Assembly: GCA_050953065.1 (NCBI GenBank)
Contig: JBMNLZ010000003.1
Coordinates: 256,001 to 320,000 of the forward strand
Origin: Bacilli bacterium
Lineage (GTDB): Bacteria > Bacillota_I > Bacilli_A > ML615J-28 > CAG-698
Direction of reading: 5' to 3'
Length of the DNA stretch: 64,000 bases
Within the stretch, counting starts at the first letter, position 1, and the number at the start of each line of letters is the position of its first letter. A program made the position numbers and the translations under genes. Below are positions 1 to 10,657 of this stretch, piece by piece. The notes under the pieces are model-generated. The model saw only the letters and a program-made list of their open reading frames with translations. It had not been told where the DNA came from and made no database searches.

Positions 1-444
1 ATAATCATAATGAGCAAGTCTTCTTAGTGATGCTTCAATTCCACCTAATATAATAGGAGTATCTGGATAAAGTTCTTTAATAATTCTAGAATAAACTATA
101 ACTGCTCTATCAGGCCTTTTTCCCATTTCACCATTTGGGGTATAATAGTCCTTCGTTCTTCTTCTTTTAGCTACTGTATAATGATTAACCATTGAATCAA
201 TATTCCCGCTACTTACTAAAAACCCTAAACGAGGTTTCCCAAATTCTTTAAATTCTTCTTTTGTTTTAATATCTGGTTGAGAAATAATACAACACTTATA
301 ACCAAAATTTTCAAGAACTCTAGTAATAATTGCACAACCAAAACTTGGATGGTCAATATAAGCATCCCCAGTAACAAATATAAAATCAGGTTCTTCTATA
401 CCTTGATTAAGCATTTCTTTTCTTGTAAGTGGTAAAAAAGGCAT
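1..444 (-). CDS. YgiQ-family radical SAM protein, N-terminal part (runs off window)
   Basis: Own translation: [11 protein letters not shown]...[14 protein letters not shown]...[12 protein letters not shown]...RPDRA...[15 protein letters not shown], the characteristic YgiQ/UPF0313 N-terminus. RBS AGGAGA upstream. Confidence 0.9.
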   Translation of the reverse strand, partial: MPFLPLTRKEMLNQGIEEPDFIFVTGDAYIDHPSFGCAIITRVLENFGYKCCIISQPDIKTKEEFKEFGKPRLGFLVSSGNIDSMVNHYTVAKRRRTKDYYTPNGEMGKRPDRAVIVYSRIIKELYPDTPIILGGIEASLRRLAHYDY

Positions 445-516
445 AAGTTTATCTCCTTTTAAAATATCTAGATATTATTATAACATAAATTATTTTTTAT
501 GTTTTAAACTTTTTTT

Positions 517-550
517 AAAAAACTATCTATATAAAAATAGATAGTTTTTT
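517..550. terminator. Intrinsic terminator-like hairpin
   Basis: AAAAAACTATCTAT-ataaaa-ATAGATAGTTTTTT inverted repeat with A/T tails, downstream of the NUDIX gene. Confidence 0.65.
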
Positions 551-561
551 AAAAAGTGATA

Positions 562-948
562 TTATTTCATCAACATTTTAATTAATTCTAAATCAGATGG
601 TAACCAATTAAGAGAATCTAGATTTTCTTTTTTAAGCCACCTCATCTCTTGATGTTCTAATAAAACAATATCTTCTTCAAGTAAAATACAATCATATACA
701 TACATTTTTAAAAGAAAATCATGATACTCATAATCAATTATTGTTATTAAAGAGTTAACCTTTATTTTTACATCTAACTCTTCTTTGATTTCTCTAATTA
801 AAGCTTCTTCTTTAGTTTCACCATCTTCAACTTTTCCACCTGGAAATTCCCAATAACCTGGAAATTTTTTTGAAGTTGGTCTCCTAGTGCATAATATTAA
901 ATTATTTTTTTTTATAACAGATGCTACTACTTCAACCGTTTCTTTCAT
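562..948 (-). CDS. mutT: NUDIX hydrolase, MutT/NudG family
   Basis: Nudix box GGKVEDGETKEEALIREIKEEL preceded by WEFP. Confidence 0.85.
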   Translation of the reverse strand: MKETVEVVASVIKKNNLILCTRRPTSKKFPGYWEFPGGKVEDGETKEEALIREIKEELDVKIKVNSLITIIDYEYHDFLLKMYVYDCILLEEDIVLLEHQEMRWLKKENLDSLNWLPSDLELIKMLMK

Positions 949-1026
949 TTTCTTTCCTTCACTTTTAATTTATCGTTTTATTATAAACGAATCTTACCGC
1001 TTTTTTATAAAATTGATAGCGTATTT

Positions 1027-1899
1027 TTACCTTTCTTTTCCGAAAAAGAACACTGCAAGAGTTCCAGGACCAGTATGCGCTCCTATGATTGGACCAATTT
1101 GATTATACATAATTTCTTTAATTTTATATTTTTCTTTAATTTTTTCACCAATATATTTAGCTTCATCTAATGCATCACTATGTGAAATAAAGATTGTTTG
1201 ACCTGTTGGGTTTTCAATCTTTTCTTCTACTAAATCAACCAATGCTTTTAAAGAAGCATTTCTTCCTCTAGCCTTTCTTATAGGGCTTAGTTTTCCTTCA
1301 TTAGTAGTATGTAAAATAGGTTTAACACCAAGAAGAGATCCTAAAAATGCTTTAGGGGCACTTAATCTTCCCCCTCTTTTTAGAGTTCCTAAATCATTAA
1401 CTGTAAAAATATGTGTAATTTTTAATTTCACATTTTCAACTATAGTTGCTATTTCATTAATACTTTTACCTTCTTCTTTTAATTTCCAAGCATACCAAAC
1501 AAGCATGCCTTGACCAGATGATGCACAAAGTGAGTCGATTGTTATTACATTACAATTAGGATATTTTGTTTTTAATTCTTCAACTGCAATTCTTGATGAA
1601 TTAAAAGTACCACTTAATTGTGAAGAAAAACCAATATATAAAACTTGTTTTCCTTCTTTTACAAACTCTTCAAAAAACTGAATAAAAGCATCTGGATTAA
1701 TTTGAGAAGTTGTTGCAACTTTCTTTTCTCTCATTAAATCATAAAACTTTGCAGTAGTTAAATTTCTCTCATCAGGATAATGACTGTAATTCTTTCCTCC
1801 AATTTCAACTGAAAGAGGTATTATTTCTATATTCATATCTTTTACAGCTTTTGCACTTAAATCACAACACGAATCTGTAGCTATTATCATTTTTTCCAT
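1027..1899 (-). CDS. DegV family fatty-acid-binding protein
   Basis: TDSCCDL, TTSQ, SSQLSGT, LKRGGRL and IGAHTGPG motifs. Confidence 0.93.
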   Translation of the reverse strand: MEKMIIATDSCCDLSAKAVKDMNIEIIPLSVEIGGKNYSHYPDERNLTTAKFYDLMREKKVATTSQINPDAFIQFFEEFVKEGKQVLYIGFSSQLSGTFNSSRIAVEELKTKYPNCNVITIDSLCASSGQGMLVWYAWKLKEEGKSINEIATIVENVKLKITHIFTVNDLGTLKRGGRLSAPKAFLGSLLGVKPILHTTNEGKLSPIRKARGRNASLKALVDLVEEKIENPTGQTIFISHSDALDEAKYIGEKIKEKYKIKEIMYNQIGPIIGAHTGPGTLAVFFFGKER

Positions 1900-2000
1900 A
1901 ATTTAATTAGTCTCCTTTTCCTTTAAGTTTAAATAATTCTATCATAATAAAAATCTCATGTCAAACAAATAAAAAATAATAAAAAAGGTGTTTTTTTATC

Positions 2001-2714
2001 TTAAAAAACACCTATAAAATATGCTTGATAAATAAAATAAATCGCTAAAACAAACATTAAGATTGCCATTAAAACTTTTAGAATGATTGATATAACTCTA
2101 AATTTTTCAGATGTTGAGATATCTCTTATTGTTTGAATGCTTAGTCCAGCAATAATAATACATAAACTATAGCCTAAAGAATAAAATAAAAGCAATAACC
2201 CACCAAGTAAAACTCCAGCACCAGTTGCACTAACATAAGCAAGCATCGCAGTTAAAACTGGAGTTGCACAAGGTGTTGAAAACAAAGCACCAACCATTCC
2301 AATAATTAAAGCACCTAAAATTCCTTTTTTACTAACCTGTGGCATTGGCTTTTGAAGTTTTGCTAAAAAATTAGTTAAGCCAATTATTTCAAAAGCCATA
2401 AAAAGCATTAAGAATGCAAGAATTGTATACCAGACTTGACCAAAGCCATTTATACTCATTGCAGTTCCAATTAAAGCTGCTAAAACTCCCAAAACTACAA
2501 AAACAATGGTTTGACCTATTGCTAAAAATAAAGAATACAATAAAGCTTTTCTTCTAGTAGTACCAGCCCCACCTACATAAGCAATAATTAAAGGAACCGA
2601 ACTTAGTGAGCATGGAGTAAAGAAAGTAATCACTCCAGCCACAAATGCTATTAAAAACCCTAGCCAAAGATTAGAAGCGATGATTTCACTTAAATTTTGT
2701 AAAAAAGCATCCAT
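2001..2714 (-). CDS. ccdA: CcdA/DsbD-like thiol-disulfide membrane transporter
   Basis: About six TM segments with the two PC motifs (FTPCSL, STPCATP). Adjacent to a thioredoxin. Confidence 0.85.
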   Translation of the reverse strand: MDAFLQNLSEIIASNLWLGFLIAFVAGVITFFTPCSLSSVPLIIAYVGGAGTTRRKALLYSLFLAIGQTIVFVVLGVLAALIGTAMSINGFGQVWYTILAFLMLFMAFEIIGLTNFLAKLQKPMPQVSKKGILGALIIGMVGALFSTPCATPVLTAMLAYVSATGAGVLLGGLLLLFYSLGYSLCIIIAGLSIQTIRDISTSEKFRVISIILKVLMAILMFVLAIYFIYQAYFIGVF

Positions 2715-2718
2715 ATAA

Positions 2719-3108
2719 CTATCTCCATCCTAATGTAGTAAAACGATTCTTAATCGTACTGTATTCTTGATAACCTACCATTCGATATAACTCAGTACCA
2801 TCTCTATCTAAAAAAATCAAAGTAGGAACTGTCGTAGCATTATACTCAGCTGCCTTTTGAGCACCCGCTTGAGTATTCCACGAATCATATACTACTACAT
2901 TTACTCTTCCTTTATATTCCTCTTTTAAAGTATCAATTGTAGGTTTAAGTTTTTGACAAGGTTCACAACTAACAGAACCAATTTCCATTAAAGTTGGTAA
3001 ATTAGGATTCATATCTGTTTCATTTTTATTGCCTAAAATAATGCCTAAAGCTATTGCTCCCATAAATAAACAAACGATTACTAATGCTATAATTGTATTT
3101 TTTTTCAT
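2719..3108 (-). CDS. Membrane-anchored thioredoxin-family protein
   Basis: N-terminal TM, CEPC active site, cis-Pro motif VPT. Confidence 0.85.
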   Translation of the reverse strand: MKKNTIIALVIVCLFMGAIALGIILGNKNETDMNPNLPTLMEIGSVSCEPCQKLKPTIDTLKEEYKGRVNVVVYDSWNTQAGAQKAAEYNATTVPTLIFLDRDGTELYRMVGYQEYSTIKNRFTTLGWR

Positions 3109-3195
3109 AGAATACCTCGCTATTTTTAAAATAAGTCTAACTTTAAATTATTCTATCATACTTAAAAAATTAAAGGGTGGTTTTTACCCCCTTAA

Positions 3196-3443
3196 TTAGA
3201 TTGCTTTAACTAAAATTATATCTTTATCTAAAGCACCTCGTTCACTTTTTTTACTAATTCGTTTTGTTTGATATTCAGCAACTATAACGTTTTTATATTC
3301 TAAAATCACATGAATAACCTCATCAACATCAACTAATTCTTCTAAATACTCATTATCTTCTAAAACTCTAACAATACCTTTTTTCCATCTTTTTTAATAA
3401 TATTCGGAATATTATCTCTAACTAATTTATTATAAATCATCAT
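3196..3443 (-). pseudogene. Degraded MazG-like / PRA-PH nucleoside triphosphate pyrophosphohydrolase
   Basis: MMIYNKLVRDNIPNIIKKDG, then a frameshift in an A-run, continuing GIVRVLEDNEYLEELVDVDEVI...ERGALDK. Appears internally shortened relative to the family. Confidence 0.7.
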
Positions 3444-3523
3444 TTTTCCACCTCTTACTAACAATAATTATAGCATAGAGTAAATAAAATAAGAAACTTA
3501 AAAGTTTCTTATTTTTAGTTATT

Positions 3524-4027
3524 TTATCTTTTTTTCCTCTTACTTCTATTATCATGGAACATCTTATCTAACATTAAAACTAATGCTACATAAAACTCTG
3601 CCATTTCTTCATCAAAAATTGCAATTTCATATGTGTCTCCGAATGAAATAACTTTCTTTCTAACCGCAACAACTTGCTCTTCACCTTTAAATATTTCAAA
3701 AGTATAAGCATAGATGTCTCCTCTAATTTTAAAGTCTCCATAGATTGATTCAATCGTCATTTTTTGAGTTAAAATTGAAATTCTTTTTTTGATTTTAGCA
3801 ATTCGTTTACCACTTGGATCTTTTAAATAGTAAACTGGCAAAATTCTAAATATCTTTTTATTTAATGTATATATATGTCTATTAGTAGCCGTTTCGATTA
3901 TCTTAGTTTTTCCTGATAATGAAAACAGTTTACTAATCATATTGTAAAGCACTTCTTTATTCTCATTATAAACTTTATATTTGTCTTTAATTTGAAAAAC
4001 ACCTTGTTTTAAAAAATATCGTTTCAT
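3524..4027 (-). CDS. LURP-one-related / scramblase-like protein
   Basis: YFLKQ...D.Y.V and ISFGDTYEI pattern typical of the LURP-one family. Confidence 0.8.
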   Translation of the reverse strand: MKRYFLKQGVFQIKDKYKVYNENKEVLYNMISKLFSLSGKTKIIETATNRHIYTLNKKIFRILPVYYLKDPSGKRIAKIKKRISILTQKMTIESIYGDFKIRGDIYAYTFEIFKGEEQVVAVRKKVISFGDTYEIAIFDEEMAEFYVALVLMLDKMFHDNRSKRKKR

Positions 4028-4052
4028 TTTTAAGTCTTCCCTTTCAATTTAG

Positions 4053-4697
4053 TTAATAATATCTAAATACTCTACCTCTATCATCAAATTCGTAAATAAT
4101 TAATAAAGAACCTCTTCCAACTGAAACAGAACTTTTTTTCCCTATAAACTCATTACTAATTCCTATAGGATATTTGTTAGTCAAAGTTTGATTTTCTATT
4201 TCATATTTTAGATTCTTAATACTTACCTTTTCAGCTTTTTCTGATAAAGAAAAAACTGAAATAAAGCCTCTATAATTATCACCAAAATCAATTTGGCTAT
4301 CCGTAATAACTGTAATAATTTCTGCATCTCCATACATAAAACCTTGCAGGCCTTCTTGTGAGAGCATATGTAGACATTGAATATTTGCGATAGTATGTGA
4401 AATTCTTCCTCCAATCCCGCCATATAAACAAAAGTTTTTATAGCCCTTTGATTTTCCTATATTAATAGCAGCTAACATATCTGTTTCATTTTTTTCTTGT
4501 TTTAAAACTACTACATTAGGATGTATTGGAATACCTCCGTAAGAATCAAAATCTCCTACAACTAAATCAATTCTTACTCCCATATTCATTAAATAATTAA
4601 AACCATTATCAACCGCAATAACATAGTCATCTGAGCCTGGATCAATCATATGATTGTAAAATTCACCAGCCCCAACTACATAACATATTTTTTCCAT
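4053..4697 (-). CDS. thiN: Thiamine diphosphokinase
   Basis: IAVDNG, VVGDFDS, EKNETD, GGRISH and GISNE motifs. Likely start is MEKIC at 4697. Confidence 0.9.
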   Translation of the reverse strand: MEKICYVVGAGEFYNHMIDPGSDDYVIAVDNGFNYLMNMGVRIDLVVGDFDSYGGIPIHPNVVVLKQEKNETDMLAAINIGKSKGYKNFCLYGGIGGRISHTIANIQCLHMLSQEGLQGFMYGDAEIITVITDSQIDFGDNYRGFISVFSLSEKAEKVSIKNLKYEIENQTLTNKYPIGISNEFIGKKSSVSVGRGSLLIIYEFDDRGRVFRYY

Positions 4698-4782
4698 ATA
4701 AGTCCCCCAACACATTTATTATAACACTATTTTTTATTTTTATCAATACAGATTGGATTCTTAAAAAACGATTTTTTTATTT

Positions 4783-4814
4783 AAAAAAACCACTATTTAA
4801 ATTAATAGTGGTTT
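4783..4814 (-). terminator. Intrinsic terminator
   Basis: AAACCACTATT-taaatt-AATAGTGGTTT hairpin with a U-tail on the minus strand. Confidence 0.65.
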
Positions 4815-4822
4815 CATTTTTT

Positions 4823-7800
4823 TTAAATATCTTGACCTATTTTTAAAACTTTATTTATAAAAATATCAACTACTGCTGGATCAAAATGAATTCCTGCTTT
4901 TTTCTTTAATTCTAAAATTGCTACTTGTTTACTCTTAATAACATTATATGCTCTTAAATTAGTCATCGAATCATATGCATCAGCAACCGCAACAATTCTT
5001 CCGTTAAGTGAAATCTCTTTTCCTTTAATTTTTCTAGGATAACCAGTTCCATCCCATTTCTCATGATGCTCTAAAACTCCAAGTGCAAGACTTGCAAACT
5101 CATTAATTGAAGATAAAATTTTATAGCCTGTTTCTGGATGTTTTTTCACAATAGCCCATTCATCATTTGTAAGAGTTGAAGCTTTATTTAGAATAACATC
5201 TGGAATAATAATCTTTCCTATATCATGCATTAATCCAGTCGTTTTTAATTCATTAATCGCACTATTATCAAGTTCCATTGCTTTTCCGATTTGTTCACAT
5301 AATTTAGAAACTCTTTTTGAATGCATTTCTTCTGTTTGGCTTTTTTCATATAGCGTTCTCATAATGATTTCTAAAGTATTATATCTCATACTTTGACTTT
5401 CTGAAAGTTTATGTTTATACATTTTACTTTCAGCTTTTTTAAAAACATCTCTAATACTTTCATCTTTTAATGTCTTAGTTTCATAGCCATAAGAAATTGA
5501 TAAATTAATTGATGATATTTTTTCTTGAGAAATTTTAGCGGCTATTTTAGTAATTATATCTTTAGCTTGTTTAGCATTTGTATTAGGCAAAAGTAAAGCA
5601 AATTCATCGCCACCAATTCTTGCAATCAAATCATTTTTTCTATAACTTTCTTTTAATATATTAGCGATTTTTTGGAGCATGGTATCTCCGACTAAATGTC
5701 CAAAAGCATCATTGATTAATTTTAAACCATTAACATCAATCATAATAATACTTAATGGAAGATTAGCTTCGTTATCATATACTCTTAATTGTTCTTCAAA
5801 ATATCTTCTATTATTTAAAGTAGTTAAGTGATCATTATAACTTAAATAAAGAATTCTTTCTTCTTTCTTTTTCTTTTCAGTAATATCTCTAAATACTAAA
5901 ACAATTCCTAAAACATCCTCTTTTTTATCTAGTATAGGTGTTGCTACAATTTCAATTGGAATAAATTCATTTTTTCTGTTTTTAAGTCTAACATCATCCA
6001 TTGGCCCAAGTGGTTTTTTTTGTTCAAAAACTATTGGAAAACCAATATCGCAAAGTCTATTATTATTTACATCATATGCACTAAAAACATCCCTACAATT
6101 CTTTCCAACAGCTTCTTCTACACTATAACCAATTAAAGAAGATGCTATTTGATTCATTAAGGTAATAGTTCCATCTTTATCAGTTGTAATTACTGCATCA
6201 GCTACTGAAAACAAAGTGGTTCTAAATAATTCTTTTTCATGAAATAACTCTTCTAAGGCTTTTCTTTTAGTACTTACATCTCTAGTTGTTCCAATTAATC
6301 CTATTATTTCATCGTTTTCAACTAAGAATTTAACAGTATATTCAACCCATACAGTTGAACCATCTTTTCTAACAAGTTCAGCTTCAAAGGTTTGTTTTTC
6401 TCTTGTTTAATTTTCTCAGAATTAATTAAATTTTTCTTTAAAAGCTCATCAACTTTTTTAACAGATTCTTTAGTAAACTTCTTTTCTTTAGGAATCTTCA
6501 TATATTCATCAGCTGTATAACCAGTTAACTCATAAATTGAAGGATTTATGAAAGTAATTCCCGAGCGAGCATCTACAACCCAAACTACATCATTCATGTT
6601 ATCAGTAATTTGACGATATTTATATTCACTGTCACTTAATGCTTTTTCATAATAGTTCATATTAAATGCACCAATTAACATGCCACTAAACTCAGTAAAT
6701 ATTGCTTTTTCAGTTTCACTAAATTCTTGATAACTTTTAACGTATTCAAATCCTAGAATACCACGACATTCTCCTTTATACATCATCGGCAAAGAAATTA
6801 AACTTTTTATATTTCTATTTATTAAAAAGTTTTTAAGTTTAGAATCTTTTAAAATGTTAGTATTTGGAATATACAAGATTTCATTTTTATCATAAAAGTT
6901 GTCCCACAACTTTATAATATCATCATCAATTGTTTGAAAAATTTCAATTTCTGAAGTTATTCCTTCTTCTACCCATTCATAAGTGTTTTTAGGTTTTCCA
7001 CCATCTTCACAAAAATACTCAACAATATACGCTCTATCAGCTTTTATGTGTTTACCTAATTTTTTTAAACTATAATTAATTGTTTTATCGATTTCTGATT
7101 TTTTTGATAACATTAAATCCATTGATAAATCAAAAACAATATTTCTTAATTTTTTTTCGTTTTCTCTTTCTTCCTTATCCATTTTAATTTTTAATTCTTT
7201 TTCTTTTAAATCATTAATGTCTTTGATTATTACAACATATTTTTTTGTTTTTGAAATATATTCAATATCTATTTGGTACCATCTTGAAACAGAAGCAACT
7301 TTTAAATCATATTCTATCGTTACTAATTTAGCAGTATTTTTAGCTTTTTTAAGAGATTCCACAAAATGATTAGTTACTTCAGGAATATATAGTTCAGTTG
7401 CTTTTCTACCAATTGAACGCCTAAGTATTTTAATTAATTTACTATCTCCATTTCCTCTTGCTTTTGCTAAAGAAAAATCTTCATTAAATTCTAAAATAAT
7501 ATCATTTAAAGGACCTAACATTTTGTTTTGGCCCTTAATTAATTCAATTTCTTTTGTTTTATCTATGAATTCAAAAAATAATGCTTCTTCACTTGCTTCA
7601 AAAGAATTAATAAAAAAATATTTATTATTATAATAATAATATTTTTCAGTTTCTATTTCTTCAAACCCAAAAATATCACTACAATTTTTATGGATAACCT
7701 CTTCTTTTTTTAATAAAAAATATTCTTCAAAGGCATTATTTACATCCAGCACTATTAATTTATTATTTTGTTTTTCTAATAATAAATATGGAATTTTAAT

Positions 7801-7851
7801 ATTTTTATATAAGCTTTCATAAAGTTGACTATTCATAATGCCTCCTAACAT
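4823..7851 (-). pseudogene. PAS/GAF-PAS-PAS-GGDEF-HD-GYP c-di-GMP enzyme split by one frameshift (ORFs 6322-7851 and 4823-6214)
   Basis: Downstream part has GGDEF, HDIGK and HHEKWDGTGYP. The gap 6215-6395 encodes an intact PAC motif (TFEAELVRKDGSTVWVEY...IGTTRDVS) in frame with the downstream ORF. The shift is at an A5 run near 6395. Confidence 0.85.
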
Positions 7852-7947
7852 CCATCATATTATATCACATTTTATAATTTTACAATAAATAAAAAAAGAA
7901 TTGACTCAAATTAATTAGTCAATTCCTTTTTTAAAAAAATATTAAAA

Positions 7948-9243
7948 TTAATTACCTTGATACCAACTTTCATCTTTATACCAAAGAATACTATCTTCAT
8001 CACAGAAATACCCTTCATACCAAGATGAAGCATCATAGTTTTCATCTTCATTAACAAACCTATTTCCATAAAACTCATATGAAAAATCTTGAATATTAAA
8101 AGAATATTTATATAAGTAATTCATCTCTTCATCATTATAAAAAGGATCAATAAAAAGTTCAACTCCACTATAAACACTAATAGCTGTAGAATCATCAGGT
8201 GCAGGTTCAGTTGTATAGTCTTTATCACCTGAAGATGGCATGATATTCCCTGCTGCATCACCACTTGCTTCCTCTAAAAAATCATATCTATAATCATAAA
8301 GATTTTCAATCTCATAACCTACCTTAAACTTTTGAATACCTTCAACATCAATCTTACTAATATTAAATGTTTTTAAATATGTATCTTGTGAAATCTTTAA
8401 AACCAATTCTAAATTATCAGAACCTTTTAAATCTAGGATGCTTTTATGGATTAAATTTGAATCCTTATATAATTCATAACTTAATTTTTGAATATCACCA
8501 TCTAGGTAACTCATTAGTTTTACATAATTTTGATTTGAAGCAGTCTCTGCAAAAACTAACATTTGGAATTGATTAGTTATTAAATTTTGAATTGAATTAA
8601 TTCTAAACTCTACACTTCCAATTTCTAAAGAACCATTCATGATAATTTTATTTTTTTGACTATAATCATTTGTATAATAAATTGTATAACTAACTTCATT
8701 TCCTAAAAGATCAGTAGCTGAAAAGATAATCTTTTCTTGATATTCAGGCCTTTCTGATTCTAAAAGTTGATAATTCATATCATCTTTAGAGCCAATAATG
8801 ATTTCAAAAATATTTAAGTAACTATTTAAAAACTTTAAATCTTTTTTTTCTAATGAAACAGTACTACTACTTGTTGCACTCATTGGCCCCAAATTGCTTT
8901 CATCTAATGAAAGTTTTAAAAGAAAACTTGATGAAATACTTGTAAAACTGTATAATTCTTCTCTATGAGATAAAGGAGATGCACTCATACTAGTAGCATC
9001 AAGTGCTGCATATTTTCCTTTACCAACTCTATCAACTGATATAATTGCAACTATTGCTAAAACAGCAATAAAAATAAAAGAAAGTCTTGGAAGTAATTTA
9101 AGAAAGGCATTAGGTTTAAAAAGAGCAGTCTCTTCTATTGGTGCCTCAAATACAATCGTCTTAAGATCTATTTTATCAGTAATATTAGGAATAGAAGATT
9201 TCATTCCCTCATTAATGATTTTTTTAATTTCCTGTTTTTTCAT
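7948..9243 (-). CDS. Putative anti-sigma factor / single-TM membrane protein
   Basis: Overlaps the ECF sigma stop. Short cytoplasmic N-terminus, one TM, large extracellular part. Confidence 0.55.
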   Translation of the reverse strand: MKKQEIKKIINEGMKSSIPNITDKIDLKTIVFEAPIEETALFKPNAFLKLLPRLSFIFIAVLAIVAIISVDRVGKGKYAALDATSMSASPLSHREELYSFTSISSSFLLKLSLDESNLGPMSATSSSTVSLEKKDLKFLNSYLNIFEIIIGSKDDMNYQLLESERPEYQEKIIFSATDLLGNEVSYTIYYTNDYSQKNKIIMNGSLEIGSVEFRINSIQNLITNQFQMLVFAETASNQNYVKLMSYLDGDIQKLSYELYKDSNLIHKSILDLKGSDNLELVLKISQDTYLKTFNISKIDVEGIQKFKVGYEIENLYDYRYDFLEEASGDAAGNIMPSSGDKDYTTEPAPDDSTAISVYSGVELFIDPFYNDEEMNYLYKYSFNIQDFSYEFYGNRFVNEDENYDASSWYEGYFCDEDSILWYKDESWYQGN

Positions 9244-9802
9244 TATTTACTTCTCCTTTCTTTTGCATTTTCTTCATTGCTTGATTATATAACCACATTA
9301 CAGTGCCTATTTTTTTATCTAATAATTTAGCAATATCTTTGTGTTTCATATCATCAACTATTTTTAATGTTACAATTTGTCTTTCTTCCACCGTTAAGAT
9401 ATCTAAAAGTTCATCCATTTCAAGTTGTAAACTAGTTCTTGGAGCCTCATGCGGAAGCATAAATTCACTTTCAGATGCATCAATTAAAAGTTCTCTTTTT
9501 CTTTTTCTATAATAATCAATTGCTTGGTTTTTAGCGATTGTTAATATCCAATTTTTAAAACTATTTCCTTCTTTAAATTGATAAATTGATTGGATTGCTT
9601 TCATATAAGTATCTTGCATTACATCTTCTGCTAAAGAGCGATCTCTAATGATTGATAAAATCATTGCATAAACTGCCTCTTTAGTTTCGTTGTATATATA
9701 CTCAAAAGCTTCCTCGTCTCTTTCTTTTAATTTTTCAATTGCTTTATTAATATCCATACTTACCCCTCTATTATATGTATTAATAATAGCACAAGGAAAC
9801 AT
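9224..9802 (-). CDS. ECF (sigma-70 family) RNA polymerase sigma factor
   Basis: Region 2 (AEDVMQDTY, FKNWILTIAKNQAIDYYRK) and region 4 HTH. Likely start is MDINK. Confidence 0.9.
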   Translation of the reverse strand: MFPCAIINTYNRGVSMDINKAIEKLKERDEEAFEYIYNETKEAVYAMILSIIRDRSLAEDVMQDTYMKAIQSIYQFKEGNSFKNWILTIAKNQAIDYYRKRKRELLIDASESEFMLPHEAPRTSLQLEMDELLDILTVEERQIVTLKIVDDMKHKDIAKLLDKKIGTVMWLYNQAMKKMQKKGEVNNEKTGN

Positions 9803-9923
9803 TTTTGTAAATTACAGTTTTTTATCTTTAAATCTTCTTTACAATATATATACGTATTAACTCTTATTTTTCTTGGAATTTTTTTAAAAAAATAAAAAAG
9901 ACAAGAAATCTTGTCTTTTAAGA

Positions 9924-10508
9924 TTATATGTTTTGAAGTCCTTTTGAAATAATATTTTCACAAGGTACTATAACTTCTTGAATTGGAGTCTTACATCCAC
10001 CTTTAAACCATTCCGTAAAAACACCAATTCCTCCTGCCACAATAAAAGTCATAATAACATTTATAGCTTTAAGATCATATTTTTTTGAAGTTCTAGTATA
10101 CATTTTTACTGAATGTTCAACCATAATATCATGGACTCTACCTAAAAAAAATGGGTCTCCATTAGGTGAAATTAAAGCTTGCATAAATCTTTTATCTTAA
10201 TAAAAATATTCTATAATTTTTACTAGGGTTGGTAAGTATAGGTAATTTGTTGCAAGCGTATTTCCTGAATCAACAATCTTTTTAATTTTATTAATAATCT
10301 CATCTTCTAACTTTTCTACCATGTCGTAAATATCTAAATAATGTAAATAGAAGGTTCCTCTATTAATATTGGCTTCTTTTGTTATATCACTAACAGTAAT
10401 TTTACGTAATTCTTTTTCTTCCATTAAAACAATTAAGGCATTTTTTAAGGCCTTTAAGGTCTTACTTACTCTTCTATCTGTTTTATCCATTACTTTCCTC
10501 CTGAACAA
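9924..10508 (-). pseudogene. TetR/AcrR regulator interrupted by an in-frame TAA at 10197-10199
   Basis: N-terminal TetR HTH (ITVSDITKEANINRGTFYLHY). The sequence YFY-TAA-DKRF-MQAL continues in the same frame into a TetR C-terminal domain. Confidence 0.8.
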
Positions 10509-10555
10509 TTTTAATTGATTTGTTTAGTATCAAACACTTCTTAAAAGATTGATTA

Positions 10556-10631
10556 TTGCATTATTCTCTAACTATATTATAATGGAATTGTAGAAAATAG
10601 TCAACACTACATTGAAAAATGGTGTTGATTA
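10556..10631 (+). promoter_or_regulatory. Putative sigma-A promoter and palindromic operator for the MMPL gene
   Basis: TTGCAT-16-TATAAT (10556-10583), followed by the inverted repeat TAGTCAACAC-14-GTGTTGATTA (10598-10631), between divergent tetR and mmpL. Confidence 0.5.
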
Positions 10632-10657
10632 CTAGACATCAAATATAGGAGGTACTT

